This document shows positions 48,847 through 57,522 of a stretch of 64,000 bases of DNA, piece by piece. This DNA comes from Candidatus Thorarchaeota archaeon (GTDB lineage Archaea; Asgardarchaeota; Thorarchaeia; Thorarchaeales; Thorarchaeaceae). Both the position numbers and the translations under genes were made by a program. The notes beneath the pieces were generated by a model, which saw only the letters and a program-made list of their open reading frames with translations, made no database searches and had not been told where the DNA came from. Where the stretch lies: positions 67,304 through 131,303 of the forward strand of contig JBHLQH010000003.1 in NCBI GenBank assembly GCA_048884965.1, given 5' to 3'. Numbering within the stretch: the stretch's first letter is position 1; each line of letters begins with the position of its first letter.

Positions 48847-49506
48847 ATGAGGCGTAGTATTGCTTACTTGGTCGTGATTACTTTCTTCCTACTTTCACCT
48901 TTGGTGCAAGCCCAAGATACATACAATCTCTCTTGGGGTGTGGAAGAAGGCGATGTTTTCATTTACAATCTCACCCATAGATTGACCTATATGGGAGAGT
49001 TGAGGATCGATGAATTTGAGGTACAGGTCACCGTTGTAGACTTGCCAACTATACCCAATCCTGTGCAGAATCTCTCCGTCGTACCATCAGTGGATCTCTC
49101 AATTACTTTCACGAACGGGTCATCGATAGGTGCAGCGAGTGCATATACAGGTTTCATCGAAATTGTCCCGCTTGGCACCTGTGAGATAATGCGACCTGAT
49201 GAGGAGATTTCAGTCGAAGGCAACTCTATTGCCTATTGGGTTGAAGATAGCCAATCCTTCGGCTTCGAATCAGGTTGGTCGAATATCATTGCAATCATGA
49301 ACACAACATTCTCATACTCAAAAATAGATGGTACTCTCCTCTTGCTAACCTCATCTTGGATTGACATTGCATCTGGATTAGAAATGGAATACTTGCGAAT
49401 CACACGTGCTGGGGACCCCCTTCCTCTTGTGATAGCAGGTGGATCGATTTGTATGATTGTCGTGGTAATTATCTTCTTTGAGAGAAGGAAACGGTCGAGA
49501 ATCTAG
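48847..49506 (+). CDS. Secreted, C-terminally anchored protein, WGVxxGD family (copy 3)
   Basis: LSWGVEEGDVFIY, VVDLP, FTNGS and SKIDG motifs; TM + RRKR. Confidence 0.75.
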   Translation: MRRSIAYLVVITFFLLSPLVQAQDTYNLSWGVEEGDVFIYNLTHRLTYMGELRIDEFEVQVTVVDLPTIPNPVQNLSVVPSVDLSITFTNGSSIGAASAYTGFIEIVPLGTCEIMRPDEEISVEGNSIAYWVEDSQSFGFESGWSNIIAIMNTTFSYSKIDGTLLLLTSSWIDIASGLEMEYLRITRAGDPLPLVIAGGSICMIVVVIIFFERRKRSRI

Positions 49507-49568
49507 TGTGTATAAGACGATGCGGCGTGCAGCGGCCATGTGTGACAGGGACTAATACATCGAGAGGG

Positions 49569-49694
49569 CTATTTAGCGTGAGCTCGGGGTTTAATCTGAA
49601 TCTCGATTTGACTGAGATCATCAAATCGCGTGCCCTCCTCCCTTGACCTGATGCGTGTCAGGTAAGCACGCGTGTAGAGCCTAGCAGCCTTCAT
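49569..49694 (-). CDS. 41-aa basic small protein, leaderless (not in ORF track)
   Basis: MKAARLYTRAYLTRIRSREEGTRFDDLSQIEIQIKPRAHAK*; minus-strand TTATATAT at 49725-49718, ~28 nt before the ATG. Confidence 0.5.
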   Translation of the reverse strand: MKAARLYTRAYLTRIRSREEGTRFDDLSQIEIQIKPRAHAK

Positions 49695-49989
49695 AATACC
49701 TATGTGTTATGCCCGTAATATATAACTTCCACAGTTTTTCTTCATAGAATAGCTGAACTTCGATGATTTTTGGCGCCATACCTACCTACAGACTTGACGA
49801 AAAAACGACGCTGTTTTGAACGGTCTGGAATATGATAGCAGCCTTCCTTGAAGCAGAGGGTGTGAAGCTTTATATGAATTCGAATCTCAGGCTGGCTGTG
49901 GAACCTTTGTTTTACGTATACTATGATATCATGTGTGGACGAGGCTAGGTCCGCGCCCTTCGGGGCACGTGGCCAGGTATGTAAAAATA

Positions 49990-50166
49990 TTGCCACACAA
50001 GAAATCGGGACATTCCCGAAATCCGGGTAAGCAGAGGCACTCTCATTCTTGGAAGAGGTGCACTCTCAACATTGCACCCAACTGCAAGGGCTGGGTTAAT
50101 GCTAACACCATGCCTTTGCCTGATGTCTGCAAGCGCTGCTGGCAGGCACTCAACTCTCAAGAGTAA
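49990..50166 (+). CDS. 58-aa basic, Cys4 Zn-binding small protein
   Basis: TTG start, MPHKKSGHSRNPGKQRHSHSWKRC...C...CKRC; followed by a terminator. Confidence 0.65.
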   Translation: MPHKKSGHSRNPGKQRHSHSWKRCTLNIAPNCKGWVNANTMPLPDVCKRCWQALNSQE

Positions 50167-50196
50167 GGGGATTATTCCCCTTCTCATTGTTTTTTT
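50165..50196 (+). terminator. Intrinsic terminator
   Basis: AAGGGGA-ttat-TCCCCTT followed by T7. Confidence 0.75.
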
Positions 50197-50260
50197 GATT
50201 TGATGCATAGCTTCTCACAGAAAGATGGCGTGAATCACATGTCCTTTATAGCGACCGAAA

Positions 50261-50878
50261 TTGGAGGTTTCTATGACATCCGAGAAAATCACTTCGATAT
50301 GGTTCGTCTTTGTTGGTATTTCCATTACGTCTCTTTGGATTATCCTATTCCTAACTAGCTCAGTGAATGAATCTCACATTAGTTTCATACTACATCTCTC
50401 CGCAGAGGGAATCACTGCTTTCTTTGGATTGTATGTTGGACTAACTCATCTACTTGGAGGGAAGGTTATACGACCGACCATGTTCTTCACTTTGGGACTG
50501 ATCTTAGCTTCGTCCGCTGGCGCTGGAGGTTACTATCTTGCAGAAATGGGCGACATAGGATTCTTCCTGCTTCTCGAAACCATTGCTCTAATCACTATGA
50601 CATTGTTCATCATTCTCTACAAGAATGAGTCTATACAGCTCGCTGTAATCTCGATTGGTAGCACACAGATGGACTCGCGACTCTCCAAATTGATCAACTT
50701 CAGTATTGGCTTAGCCGTGTATGTTTCTCTGAACAGTGCCACTTACTTCGGTGAGAGTGGAAATTGGTTCATGGTTCTTGTCCATATTGTAACTACACTA
50801 TCACTTCTTTACATTCATCTCGTGTCTATACGAGGGAAGAATATTTTATCAACTCAGGACTCTATTCAGAAGTTATAG
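50261..50878 (+). CDS. Hypothetical polytopic membrane protein
   Basis: ~6 TM segments; H-x-x-AE motif. Confidence 0.7.
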   Translation: MEVSMTSEKITSIWFVFVGISITSLWIILFLTSSVNESHISFILHLSAEGITAFFGLYVGLTHLLGGKVIRPTMFFTLGLILASSAGAGGYYLAEMGDIGFFLLLETIALITMTLFIILYKNESIQLAVISIGSTQMDSRLSKLINFSIGLAVYVSLNSATYFGESGNWFMVLVHIVTTLSLLYIHLVSIRGKNILSTQDSIQKL

Positions 50879-50899
50879 TCCTGAACTGGAGAGATATCA

Positions 50900-51433
50900 T
50901 TGCTTGTTGGTGAAAAAGTCCGGCTTGTGCCATTAGAAGAAGAGAAGCATCTGGATCATATTATGGAACACTTCAACAATCCAGAACTGAGAGTGTTTCT
51001 TGGCGGTTATATGCCATTTACGCGCAATATCGAAAGAGAATGGATTCTGTCTGCAGAGGAAGACCAAAAGAAGCGGAAATCTTTCCACTTTGCCATTGAA
51101 ACTCACCCTGAAGGATATATGATTGGCACCCTTGGGCTACATGATATTGACTGGCTATCCAGATCCTGCACCCTTGGAATTGCGATATACGAATCCAAGT
51201 ACTGGGGGAAAGGACTTGGCACTGAGGCAATGCGGCTGTTGATTGATTTCGGTTGGACTCACCTGAATCTTAGACGTATTGAGCTAAGCGTTCATGCTTT
51301 CAATGAACGAGCGATCAAGGCATACCAGAAACTCGGGTTTGAGAGATATGGGACCGCGCATCAAAAGTACTACATGGGTGGAAGTTATGTAGATACACAT
51401 TATATGGAGCTCTTCCGAAAAATGGAAGAATAG
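50900..51433 (+). CDS. RimJ/RimL-type GNAT acetyltransferase
   Basis: YWGKGLGTEA and NERAIKAYQKLGF motifs. Confidence 0.92.
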   Translation: MLVGEKVRLVPLEEEKHLDHIMEHFNNPELRVFLGGYMPFTRNIEREWILSAEEDQKKRKSFHFAIETHPEGYMIGTLGLHDIDWLSRSCTLGIAIYESKYWGKGLGTEAMRLLIDFGWTHLNLRRIELSVHAFNERAIKAYQKLGFERYGTAHQKYYMGGSYVDTHYMELFRKMEE

Positions 51434-51451
51434 GATAGGGGTCTGCTTAGG

Positions 51452-51464
51452 TTAACAATGTTAG
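51452..51464. promoter_or_regulatory. TTAAC-N3-GTTAA-type palindrome upstream of hdrA-mvhD, inside a 10-bp hairpin (51434-51474)
   Basis: TTAACaatGTTAg, ~38 bp before ATTAAAT at 51501. Confidence 0.55.
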
Positions 51465-51556
51465 GACTCCTATCGCCTGTTTCGCTGTCGCAGGGCAAAC
51501 ATTAAATCACGGGCTTTTCAACTGCCGCAGGTATCACCCGCGGAGTGAACTCAGTA

Positions 51557-54500
51557 ATGGCAGAGTCAATCAAGCCGGTTGTAGTCATTGGCGCAGGAAT
51601 TGCAGGAATGCGTGCAGCCCTGGATCTTGCTGGCATGGGCGCTAAGGTGTACATGATCGAGAGGCTACCCTCAATCGGAGGTCATATGAGCCAACTGGAT
51701 AAGACATTTCCAACGCTCGATTGTAGCATGTGTATTCAGGGACCTTGGATGGTCGATTGCTCACGTCACCCCAACATTGAGATACTTGCATATTCGAACG
51801 TCCAAGAGGTTACAGGAGCGCAGGGCGATTTCAGAGTGAAGGTCCTGAAACGTACTCGAAGAGTGAATGCTGAGAAATGTACAGGCTGCGGCGACTGTCA
51901 ACGGGTGTGCCCAATTGAAGTACCAAATGAATATGACATGGGTCTCAAGATGCGAAAGGCGTCCTATATCCCATTTCCGCAGGCAGTGCCCAATATTGCC
52001 ACAGTTGACATCGAGAATTGCATTCAATGTATGATGTGCAAGAACACCTGCAAAGCAGAGGCAATAGACTTCGATATCAAGGATGAAATCATCGAGATCA
52101 ATGCTGGCTCGATCATCGTTGCGACTGGCTATGAGTTGCTAGATCCCTCAACAGTACCTGAGTATGGATACGGTCGCTTCCCTAATGTTGTAAGTGCGCT
52201 TGAGTACGAACGGATGGTTTCAGCAAGTGGACCTACTGGAGGCGTCGTCATGCGCCCCTCTGATGGTCGCGAGCCTCACAAGATCGCATTCGTACAGTGC
52301 GTTGGTTCCAGAGATGTTAATCACTGCTCATACTGCTCTAAGATTTGCTGTACATACGCGACCAAGGAGGCCATTATCACAAAGGAGCACACTCCCGAGG
52401 TTCACATTGATATTCTTTACAACGACATGCGTGCGTTTGGCAAGGGATTCGAGGAATTCCTCGTTCGTGGCGAGAATGATTATGCAATCAACTATGTTAA
52501 GGGCCTCCCGAGTGAGATAATGGAAGACCCCTCCACTAGGGGCCTGCTGGTCCGTCATAGCAATTCAAAGGGTCATGAGGTTCTCCTTGACCACTACGAC
52601 CTAGTCGTTCTGTGCCCTGCAATGATTCCATCATCTGATACTGATGTCTTTGAGAAACTTGGCATTCAGGCTGATGACTATGGATTCCTTCATGCTGCAG
52701 GAACATTCCAGAAGACTGTTGGTACAACAGTCCCTGGCATCCACATGTGTGGAGCATGTGATGAGCCCAAGGACATACCTGACTCTGTAGCACAAGGAAG
52801 TGCTGCAGCAGCTTTAGCCGCATTAGATATCACGATTCCAAAGCCCGAGGAGGGTGAATTACTTACTGAAGCCGATCTTGAGTTGATGGCAGCAGAACCA
52901 AGGATCGGAGTAATAGTCTGTTCCTGTGGAATCAACATTGCTGGAACCGTAGACGTAGCAGAGGTCACGGAATATGCTAAGTCATTACCAAATGTCGTTT
53001 ACGCAGAGAATTTGCTCTATTCCTGTTCATCAGACTCTCAAGAAGTGATCAAGGATGCCATCAAGGAACACAAGCTCAATCGCGTTGTTGTTGCATCATG
53101 CACCCCTCGAACTCACGAGCCTCTGTTCCGAGCCACGATTGAAGAAGCAGGACTGAACAAGTACCTCTTCGACCTTGCAAATATCCGAGAACATTGTTCA
53201 TGGGTCCACCAAGCTGACAAGGATGAGGCAACCTCGAAGGCAATGGACCTTCTTAGGATGTCCGTATCCCGAGCGAAGCTTCTTGAAGCACAAGATGAGG
53301 CTGTGACCCAGATAGAACCTGTAGCCCTTGTGATAGGTGCAGGTGTGTCTGGCATCTCTGCAGCCGATGTTATCGCCAAGAAAGGATTCAAGGTATACCT
53401 CGTTGAGAGGGATGAGAAGATAGGTGGATTCCTTAACGAGCTAAGCACAGTGAATTTCAGCCATCAGCCAACATCTGAAATCATAGTTGACTTTGAGAAG
53501 AAGATCAAAAGCAACTCGAACATCGAGCTACTTCTCAATACAGAAGTAGCAGAGGCAAAGGGCTCAATTGGCGACTTCGATATCGTGCTCAAGACTGGTC
53601 GGGAGAAGAAGGAGATCAAAGTTGGAGTTGTCATCGTCGCAACTGGAGCAACTGCTTTGGAAGAGAAGGGTCTCTACGGTTTCCACAAGCTCCCTGAGGT
53701 CATGACTGAGGGTGAATTCAATAATCGTCTGGTCGCAGGTGAGGGATTCAAGGATGGCGAGACCTTTGCAGTCATCCATTGCGCAGGTTCTCGTGAAGAG
53801 GAGTCCCTTGAGGGTTCAAGGACTTGGTGCTCCGGTATCTGCTGTACCATTGCCCTTGAGCATTCGTTAGAATTACTTGAGAAATATCCAAACTCCAGAG
53901 TATTCCATCTCTACAGAGACCTTCGCGTCTTCTACAAGGTAGAGGACAAGTATAGAGAAGCACGAAAGAAAGGTGTCGTATTCCTCAGATTCGATAAAGA
54001 CGCTCCACCTGAGGTCACGAAAGGGAAGAGTAAAGAATTGCGAGTCGAGGTCATGGACCAAGTATTCGGTGCAGAGATTGGACTGGATGTTGACCATGTG
54101 GTCTTGGCCACTGCAATGGTTCCTAGGGAAAACAAGCATATCTCAGAGCTGTTCAAGGTGCCATTGAACATGTCAGGATTCTTCATGGAAGCCCATCCCA
54201 AGCTCCGACCTGTCGACTTCCAGACTGACGGTGTATTCGTATCAGGCACTGCTACAGCACCGAAGAGTATTGCAGAGTCTATCTCACAAGGACAGGCTGC
54301 TGGCTCAAGAGCTCTGATCCCTCTCATTAGAGGTATCCGAAAGGCAGAGGCCATCGTTTCAGTGGTCGATCCAGAGGTCTGTGTGGGATGTGGCACGTGT
54401 GAGATCAATTGTGCTTACAATGCAATAGAGGTCGTGCCTGGAGATGGTGGACATGACTATGCTGTGAGCAACCCGGTTCTGTGTCAGGGCTGTGGCAAAT

Positions 54501-55009
54501 GTGCTGCAGGGTGTCCTTCAGGTGCTATCACCATGAAGCACTTCACTGACGATCAGATTCTCTCACAGGTCCGTTCTGCCTTGGAGAACCTATCTCCCAC
54601 ATCACCTACCATTGTGACTATCATGTGTAACTGGTGTACCTATGCAGGAGCTGATTCTGCTGGAGTCGCCAGACTGCAGCAACCGACCAACGTCCGTGAT
54701 ATTCGTGTGATGTGTACAGGGCGTGTCAGCGTGACGCACATCCTTGAGGCGTTCCGAATGGGCGCTGATATGGTCTGGATTTCAGGGTGTCACTTTGGTG
54801 ATTGCCATTATGTAGATGGAAATGTTTCGTTCGAACGGCGTTTTGCCATCGCAAAGAAGATCATTGAGAAGGCAGGGCTTGAGACTGAGCGACTGCAATT
54901 CACGCAGATCAGTGCAAGTGAAGGGCCTATCTGGGCTGAGACTGTCAAGAAGTTCTCAGCACTTGCAGAGAAGCTGGGACCAAGTCCTTTGAGACCAAGG
55001 GGGCGATAA
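51557..55009 (+). CDS. hdrA: Double-FAD heterodisulfide reductase subunit A fused to MvhD
   Basis: GAGIAG and GAGVSG Rossmann motifs, DKTFPTLDC, inserted and C-terminal ferredoxins, CSCGINI; MvhD motifs CNWC, MCTGRV and GCHFGDCHY. Confidence 0.95.
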   Translation: MAESIKPVVVIGAGIAGMRAALDLAGMGAKVYMIERLPSIGGHMSQLDKTFPTLDCSMCIQGPWMVDCSRHPNIEILAYSNVQEVTGAQGDFRVKVLKRTRRVNAEKCTGCGDCQRVCPIEVPNEYDMGLKMRKASYIPFPQAVPNIATVDIENCIQCMMCKNTCKAEAIDFDIKDEIIEINAGSIIVATGYELLDPSTVPEYGYGRFPNVVSALEYERMVSASGPTGGVVMRPSDGREPHKIAFVQCVGSRDVNHCSYCSKICCTYATKEAIITKEHTPEVHIDILYNDMRAFGKGFEEFLVRGENDYAINYVKGLPSEIMEDPSTRGLLVRHSNSKGHEVLLDHYDLVVLCPAMIPSSDTDVFEKLGIQADDYGFLHAAGTFQKTVGTTVPGIHMCGACDEPKDIPDSVAQGSAAAALAALDITIPKPEEGELLTEADLELMAAEPRIGVIVCSCGINIAGTVDVAEVTEYAKSLPNVVYAENLLYSCSSDSQEVIKDAIKEHKLNRVVVASCTPRTHEPLFRATIEEAGLNKYLFDLANIREHCSWVHQADKDEATSKAMDLLRMSVSRAKLLEAQDEAVTQIEPVALVIGAGVSGISAADVIAKKGFKVYLVERDEKIGGFLNELSTVNFSHQPTSEIIVDFEKKIKSNSNIELLLNTEVAEAKGSIGDFDIVLKTGREKKEIKVGVVIVATGATALEEKGLYGFHKLPEVMTEGEFNNRLVAGEGFKDGETFAVIHCAGSREEESLEGSRTWCSGICCTIALEHSLELLEKYPNSRVFHLYRDLRVFYKVEDKYREARKKGVVFLRFDKDAPPEVTKGKSKELRVEVMDQVFGAEIGLDVDHVVLATAMVPRENKHISELFKVPLNMSGFFMEAHPKLRPVDFQTDGVFVSGTATAPKSIAESISQGQAAGSRALIPLIRGIRKAEAIVSVVDPEVCVGCGTCEINCAYNAIEVVPGDGGHDYAVSNPVLCQGCGKCAAGCPSGAITMKHFTDDQILSQVRSALENLSPTSPTIVTIMCNWCTYAGADSAGVARLQQPTNVRDIRVMCTGRVSVTHILEAFRMGADMVWISGCHFGDCHYVDGNVSFERRFAIAKKIIEKAGLETERLQFTQISASEGPIWAETVKKFSALAEKLGPSPLRPRGR

Positions 55010-55013
55010 GAAG

Positions 55014-55532
55014 ATGTCAGAGAGTTGGGGTCAGTTCAAATCCTTTGAAGGAAAGAAATTCGAAGCATTGGACAAGAAGTTCACAGAAGAGGCTTCCAAA
55101 TTGATTGGCGGACAGGACCTTTCCGCTTGCTTCCAGTGTGCGAAATGTTCTGCCGGCTGTCCAGTTAGTGATAAGGTGAATATCCAGATCCATGAGGTCA
55201 TGCGAATGCTCCTCTTTGGGCTCAAAGAGGTCTTGGACACTGACATGGTCTGGCTATGCACGACTTGCTATACATGCCAAGAGCGTTGTCCACAGGGCAT
55301 TGACATCACTGATATCCTATTTGGGCTCAAGAATATGGCATTCAAAGTCGGTAAGTCACCTCCTGGCTACGTTTCGGCTAGACAAGGCTTGTATGATACA
55401 GGTAGACTGTATCCGCCAACGGACTGGGAGCGTGAGGACCTAGAGCTTGATGAGGTTCCAGAGTTGAACATCGAAGATACCAAGAAGGTACTAGACAAGA
55501 TGGGTTTGATGAAGCTTAGGGAGGACGATTAA
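55014..55532 (+). CDS. hdrC: Heterodisulfide reductase subunit C (copy 3)
   Basis: CFQCAKCSAGCP and CTTCYTCQERCP. Confidence 0.93.
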   Translation: MSESWGQFKSFEGKKFEALDKKFTEEASKLIGGQDLSACFQCAKCSAGCPVSDKVNIQIHEVMRMLLFGLKEVLDTDMVWLCTTCYTCQERCPQGIDITDILFGLKNMAFKVGKSPPGYVSARQGLYDTGRLYPPTDWEREDLELDEVPELNIEDTKKVLDKMGLMKLREDD

Positions 55533-56408
55533 ATGACTCAATCATACGAAGTATTCCTTGGATGCGCTATTCCAAATCGATTCAATAACTACGAATCCTC
55601 CATGCGACTTGTCGCAAAAGAGCTGGGTATCGAGCTCATTGACTTTGAGGGAGCCTCCTGTTGTGGTACTGTTGTCCTCAAGTCAATCGATGAGGAGAAT
55701 TGGCTTGCTCTCTCAGGTAGAAACATTGCTCTCGCAGAGAGCCGAGGTCATGATATCGTCACTCCATGTAACGGGTGTTTCGGCTCTCTAAAGGACACCA
55801 ACCATGTTCTACATGACAGTGAAGAGCATCGAGCAAAGATAAACAAGGCATTGAAAGAAGTTGGCCTAGAATTCACGGGTAAAGCAAAGGTACGTCACTT
55901 CGTAGAGGTTCTCTACGATATGAAGGAAGAGATCAAGGAGAAGATCGTCAATCCCCTTGATGGTCTACGCATCGCATTCCATCCCGGATGTCACCTCCTA
56001 CGGCCCTCCAAAGTTGCGGGTTTTGATGATCCAGAGCTGCCCAGAAAGGTAGACGAGCTTTTGGAGCTGACTGGCGCAAAGAGCGTTCCATGGAACCTAA
56101 AACTACGCTGTTGCGGCTCCCCACTTCTCATCGCCAGTGAGAATGTCGCAACACAGATCATCATGGAGAAGAACTCCTCAGCAATCGAGGCTGGTGCCAA
56201 TTGCGTTGTCACCAACTGCCCTGCATGCCATACCCAGTTCGATGTTCAAGCTCTTGGTCTTAAGGATGAGAAAGACCAGTCCTTGGAACTCCCCGCGCTA
56301 TTCGTCACTCAGGTGCTTGGTGCAGCTATGAATCTAGATCGTGAGAAGCTTGGATTCGAATTGAATAGGGTCTCGCTCGCACCGATTGAGGATATCTTGG
56401 GATTGTAG
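55533..56408 (+). CDS. hdrB: Heterodisulfide reductase subunit B (copy 3, divergent)
   Basis: FLGC, SCCG, CNGC, HPGCH, CCGS and CPAC motifs. Confidence 0.93.
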   Translation: MTQSYEVFLGCAIPNRFNNYESSMRLVAKELGIELIDFEGASCCGTVVLKSIDEENWLALSGRNIALAESRGHDIVTPCNGCFGSLKDTNHVLHDSEEHRAKINKALKEVGLEFTGKAKVRHFVEVLYDMKEEIKEKIVNPLDGLRIAFHPGCHLLRPSKVAGFDDPELPRKVDELLELTGAKSVPWNLKLRCCGSPLLIASENVATQIIMEKNSSAIEAGANCVVTNCPACHTQFDVQALGLKDEKDQSLELPALFVTQVLGAAMNLDREKLGFELNRVSLAPIEDILGL

Positions 56409-56467
56409 GCATCCTCGTGCTAAATGCTTCCTGTGAATGGAGTGACAATCTCTCCTCCCACATCCTC

Positions 56468-56818
56468 TCAAATATGTGTAGAACGCGTGGGTACGAGCGA
56501 GTTCTTTTGCATGAGAGTATAGTTAGGATGATAGACGTCCTTTACATCAACTTCCCAAGCGCCACCTAAGGTGCCAGATATCTCGATGGCCGCAAAGCCA
56601 TCCCTATTTGTCAGAGTACTAAGAGAAACACTCTCTCCATCTGGGTCTTGGATTCGTATTCTGACTCGGGCGTGTTCTATTGGTGTTGAGCATCTATCCA
56701 CTATCCTGACAAGGGTTTGGAGATAGTGCTCTGCCTTGCTGTATGATTTGAGAAAATCGATTGATTCGACCTTCATCTCAGTACATCTAGGTTTTCCCAT
56801 TCGCCCCATATGCGACAC
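56468..56818 (-). CDS. Small Ig/transthyretin-like beta-sandwich protein
   Basis: V-x-IVD...PIEHA-x-V...TNRDG-x-A pattern. Confidence 0.65.
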   Translation of the reverse strand: MSHMGRMGKPRCTEMKVESIDFLKSYSKAEHYLQTLVRIVDRCSTPIEHARVRIRIQDPDGESVSLSTLTNRDGFAAIEISGTLGGAWEVDVKDVYHPNYTLMQKNSLVPTRSTHI

Positions 56819-56940
56819 TCTTCGGTATAATAGTAAATAGATGGGGTATATATATTTACTTTTCTACCACCAATAGTCGCGGCCTCAAGAGAGATACCGC
56901 ACGATAGAAAGACAAATGGATCATGCGAGACTGAGAATTC

Positions 56941-57522
56941 CTAGTTTTCTGGCTTTATCTTGCTCTTCCCGTAGAAAAGCTCGCCAAGCCGTTTCATGGC
57001 ATCCCTGACGCAATCTTTGTTGCCGCTCACCTGTAGATGCCTATCTCCATCTAATTGAATCAGTACCCCACAATCCTCTGCAATCTCACCAACGGTTTCT
57101 ACTGGTATATCTTCGGGTAGCTTGATTCTGAAGAATCCAATATCTTTCTCTCTTGGTAACTCAGAGATGTGCACAGGTGTGTCTTCAATCGTAGGTACTA
57201 TACGCCCGTCAAGTGAGTCCTGAAATCTCTGCTCCCATTCCTTTCTGATGTCGACTCCATTCTTCTCTTCCATCCATACCATCATGGTCTCTCTGAGTCG
57301 AAGGATTCTGAGTTCAAGCTCCTCTCGAAGCTGTTGGTCTGCCTGGGAATGCGCAATATCCTCTTGAAACGATCTCAGGTATTCTATTGACATCTTCGAG
57401 TTTCTAAGGTCGGCAAAGGTCAGGTCTGGGATGAACACTCCTGAGGATTGTAGCTCTCCGAGGAGGTCATTCAGGACCATCCACGCAGCATAGAGTCCAT
57501 CCAGAGATACCATCCAGATCAC
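56941..57522 (-). CDS. DUF2096 family protein
   Basis: W-x-VL-x-DLL-x-EL...IP...DLR-x-x-K motif; 4-nt overlap with hdrA. Confidence 0.7.
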   Translation of the reverse strand: MIWMVSLDGLYAAWMVLNDLLGELQSSGVFIPDLTFADLRNSKMSIEYLRSFQEDIAHSQADQQLREELELRILRLRETMMVWMEEKNGVDIRKEWEQRFQDSLDGRIVPTIEDTPVHISELPREKDIGFFRIKLPEDIPVETVGEIAEDCGVLIQLDGDRHLQVSGNKDCVRDAMKRLGELFYGKSKIKPEN

